UHGV virus genome: UHGV-0866312
Length of the DNA: 56,697 nt
DNA from: a virus
Reading direction: 5' to 3' (one strand)
Position numbers and translations under genes: made by a program. Positions 55,557 through 56,697 of the stretch are shown one piece after another. Within the stretch, counting starts at the first letter, position 1; every line of letters starts with the position of its first letter. The notes below the pieces were generated by a model. That model was not told the origin of the DNA and did not search any database. It saw only the letters and a program-made list of their open reading frames with translations.

Positions 55557-55922
55557 ATGGCAGTAAAGGTAAGTGATAATTTTAAGGGCATTATAGAAAA
55601 GACATATAATATTCTAGTTAATTATTGTGGTGTACAAAGAGTACCAGTTAAATACAGTAGGGCATTAAGCTACTGTGGATGCTGTGACCTAGAGGCAGAT
55701 GATGAAAATGGAGAAAGCTACCATCCTTTATGTATCAGAATAAGCTACAAGATACATGACAAAGGTGATGACCTTAATAGATGGTCACAGAATGATATAG
55801 ATGACCTTATAGACACTGTATGTCATGAGGTAGCACATTTTTATTACTGGAAACACAATTCAGCACATAAAGAATTAACAGAGGAATATAAGGACATAGT
55901 TAAAAACTGCTGGGCTGATTAA
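55557..55922 (+). CDS. putative Zn-metallopeptidase (HExxH; SprT/ImmA-like)
   Basis: Motif CHEVAHFYYWKH plus an upstream Cys cluster YCGCCD. Confidence 0.4.
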   Translation: MAVKVSDNFKGIIEKTYNILVNYCGVQRVPVKYSRALSYCGCCDLEADDENGESYHPLCIRISYKIHDKGDDLNRWSQNDIDDLIDTVCHEVAHFYYWKHNSAHKELTEEYKDIVKNCWAD

Positions 55923-55962
55923 CAGCCCTTTACATACACATAAAAACTAAAGGGGTGATAAG

Positions 55963-56208
55963 GTGAGTAAAAAGAAAAAGACAGCACCAGCAGTCATAGC
56001 AGATAATGAGCCACCATTAATAGTAAAGACTAAATGCAGAATGATGTATATAGATGTTAAAAGTGATATTCTTTTTGCTGATGACCATGTATATTATTAC
56101 AGCTATATAAATGGTAAATATAGAGTGTATGAGCATAAGCCAGACAGCAATAATAACAGCAAGTATGCAGAATTAGACTATAAGCATTTTCTAATATATT
56201 TCAAGTAA
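55963..56208 (+). CDS. small basic protein (GTG start)
   Basis: AAAGGGG RBS then GTG. Lysine-rich N-terminus. Confidence 0.4.
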   Translation: MSKKKKTAPAVIADNEPPLIVKTKCRMMYIDVKSDILFADDHVYYYSYINGKYRVYEHKPDSNNNSKYAELDYKHFLIYFK

Positions 56209-56223
56209 ATAAGAGATAGAGAG

Positions 56224-56260
56224 AGGTAATTACAGCTAACTAACTGTAGTTACCTTTTTT
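56224..56260 (+). terminator. rho-independent terminator
   Basis: aggtaattacagctaactaactgtagttacc followed by tttttt. Confidence 0.6.
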
Positions 56261-56261
56261 G

Positions 56262-56690
56262 CTGTTATTTCAGATAATGGCTACTGGTAATTAATGATTA
56301 ATGACAGTAAGACTTGCATTAATAAATAGGCTTTAAGCTATTAAGTAGCAAGGTAAATTTAAAGGTATTTGCAGTAGGTAATAAAAGGCTGTAAAGGCTG
56401 ATATATCAATGCTTTGGGGCAGTCTCATTAACAGATAATAATGTCAGATAATTAGCTTATATTTGTCTTTTAATAACTGGTAATAGGGCATAATTAATGC
56501 TATAAATAGCTGATAATTTACAGATAATTAAGCAGTTAAAATAGAATAATGTTACTGATAATTAAGCAGATATTGTAGCAGATAATGTATAGATAATAGG
56601 CTGTAATAGCAGATAATGTAGCCTATAGATAGCTTATAATAAGCTGATAGATAACTGATAATAAGCTGATAATTAACTGTAAATATTCCC
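56262..56690. repeat. iteron-like array: at least 13 copies of C(A/T)GATAAT in about 430 bp
   Basis: Copies include cagataatgg, cagataataatg, cagataattag, ctgataattta, cagataattaag, ctgataattaag, cagataatgtat, agataatagg, cagataatgtag, ctgatagataa, ctgataataag, ctgataattaac. Confidence 0.65.
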
Positions 56691-56697
56691 TTGCACC

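Noticed and set aside
56262-56690. Possible CRISPR array in the GATAAT repeat region
   Set aside because: The repeats are only about 8 bp, with irregular 3-6 bp spacing. There are no 25-40 bp direct repeats with unique spacers.
1-56697. Stop-codon reassignment or alternative genetic code
   Set aside because: TAA, TAG and TGA all terminate well-supported genes; for example TGA ends the HNH at 3151, TAG ends the chaperone, and TAA ends terS. Long ORFs read cleanly with the standard code, and TGG is used for Trp.

Overview
This window reads as a near-complete genome of an AT-rich siphovirus-like tailed phage. Every gene is on the + strand, and the coding strand is purine-rich and C-poor. The host is probably a low-GC anaerobic Firmicute; I infer this from the class III anaerobic RNR genes nrdD/nrdG, a SPOR-domain endolysin and the codon usage. 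It is not proven.

Gene order, left to right:
- putative terS and a non-coding pac-like region carrying G-rich boxes and 4 x 11-bp tandem repeats (1-1240)
- an unusual 5.6-kb cargo island between terS and terL: an HNH homing endonuclease, a GH13 alpha-amylase-like protein, a small serine recombinase and unknown genes
- terL, portal, head morphogenesis, scaffold and capsid genes
- head-tail joining proteins, the tail tube protein, and a tail assembly chaperone with a classic -1 frameshift
- a CBM5/12 protein and a tail protein with a putative +1 frameshift into a LamG domain
- tape measure, Dit and a giant 2315-aa tail fiber
- an XhlA/holin/amidase lysis cassette, then a 500-bp non-coding gap
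- the replication module: replisome organizer, DnaC-like loader, DnaB-like helicase, primase, an SSB-like protein, a Cas4-like exonuclease and RuvC
- the nucleotide-metabolism module: NrdH/NrdG/NrdD, an HD hydrolase, a ThyX-like protein, dUTPase, a family A DNA polymerase and a dNMP kinase, plus three more HNH endonucleases
- a cluster of envelope proteins that includes a lipoprotein amidase_3
- a sigma region-4 protein, a large serine recombinase, and a triple operator/promoter region driving three small genes
- a GATAAT-type iteron array at the right edge

The most striking sequence-level feature is a recurring post-terminator TTGTCACA element, which I read as a phage-specific promoter or regulatory motif. 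It occurs upstream of genes at least 15 times. It sits beside a duplicated, near-consensus sigma-A-type promoter region (two copies) and a second class of post-terminator palindromes.
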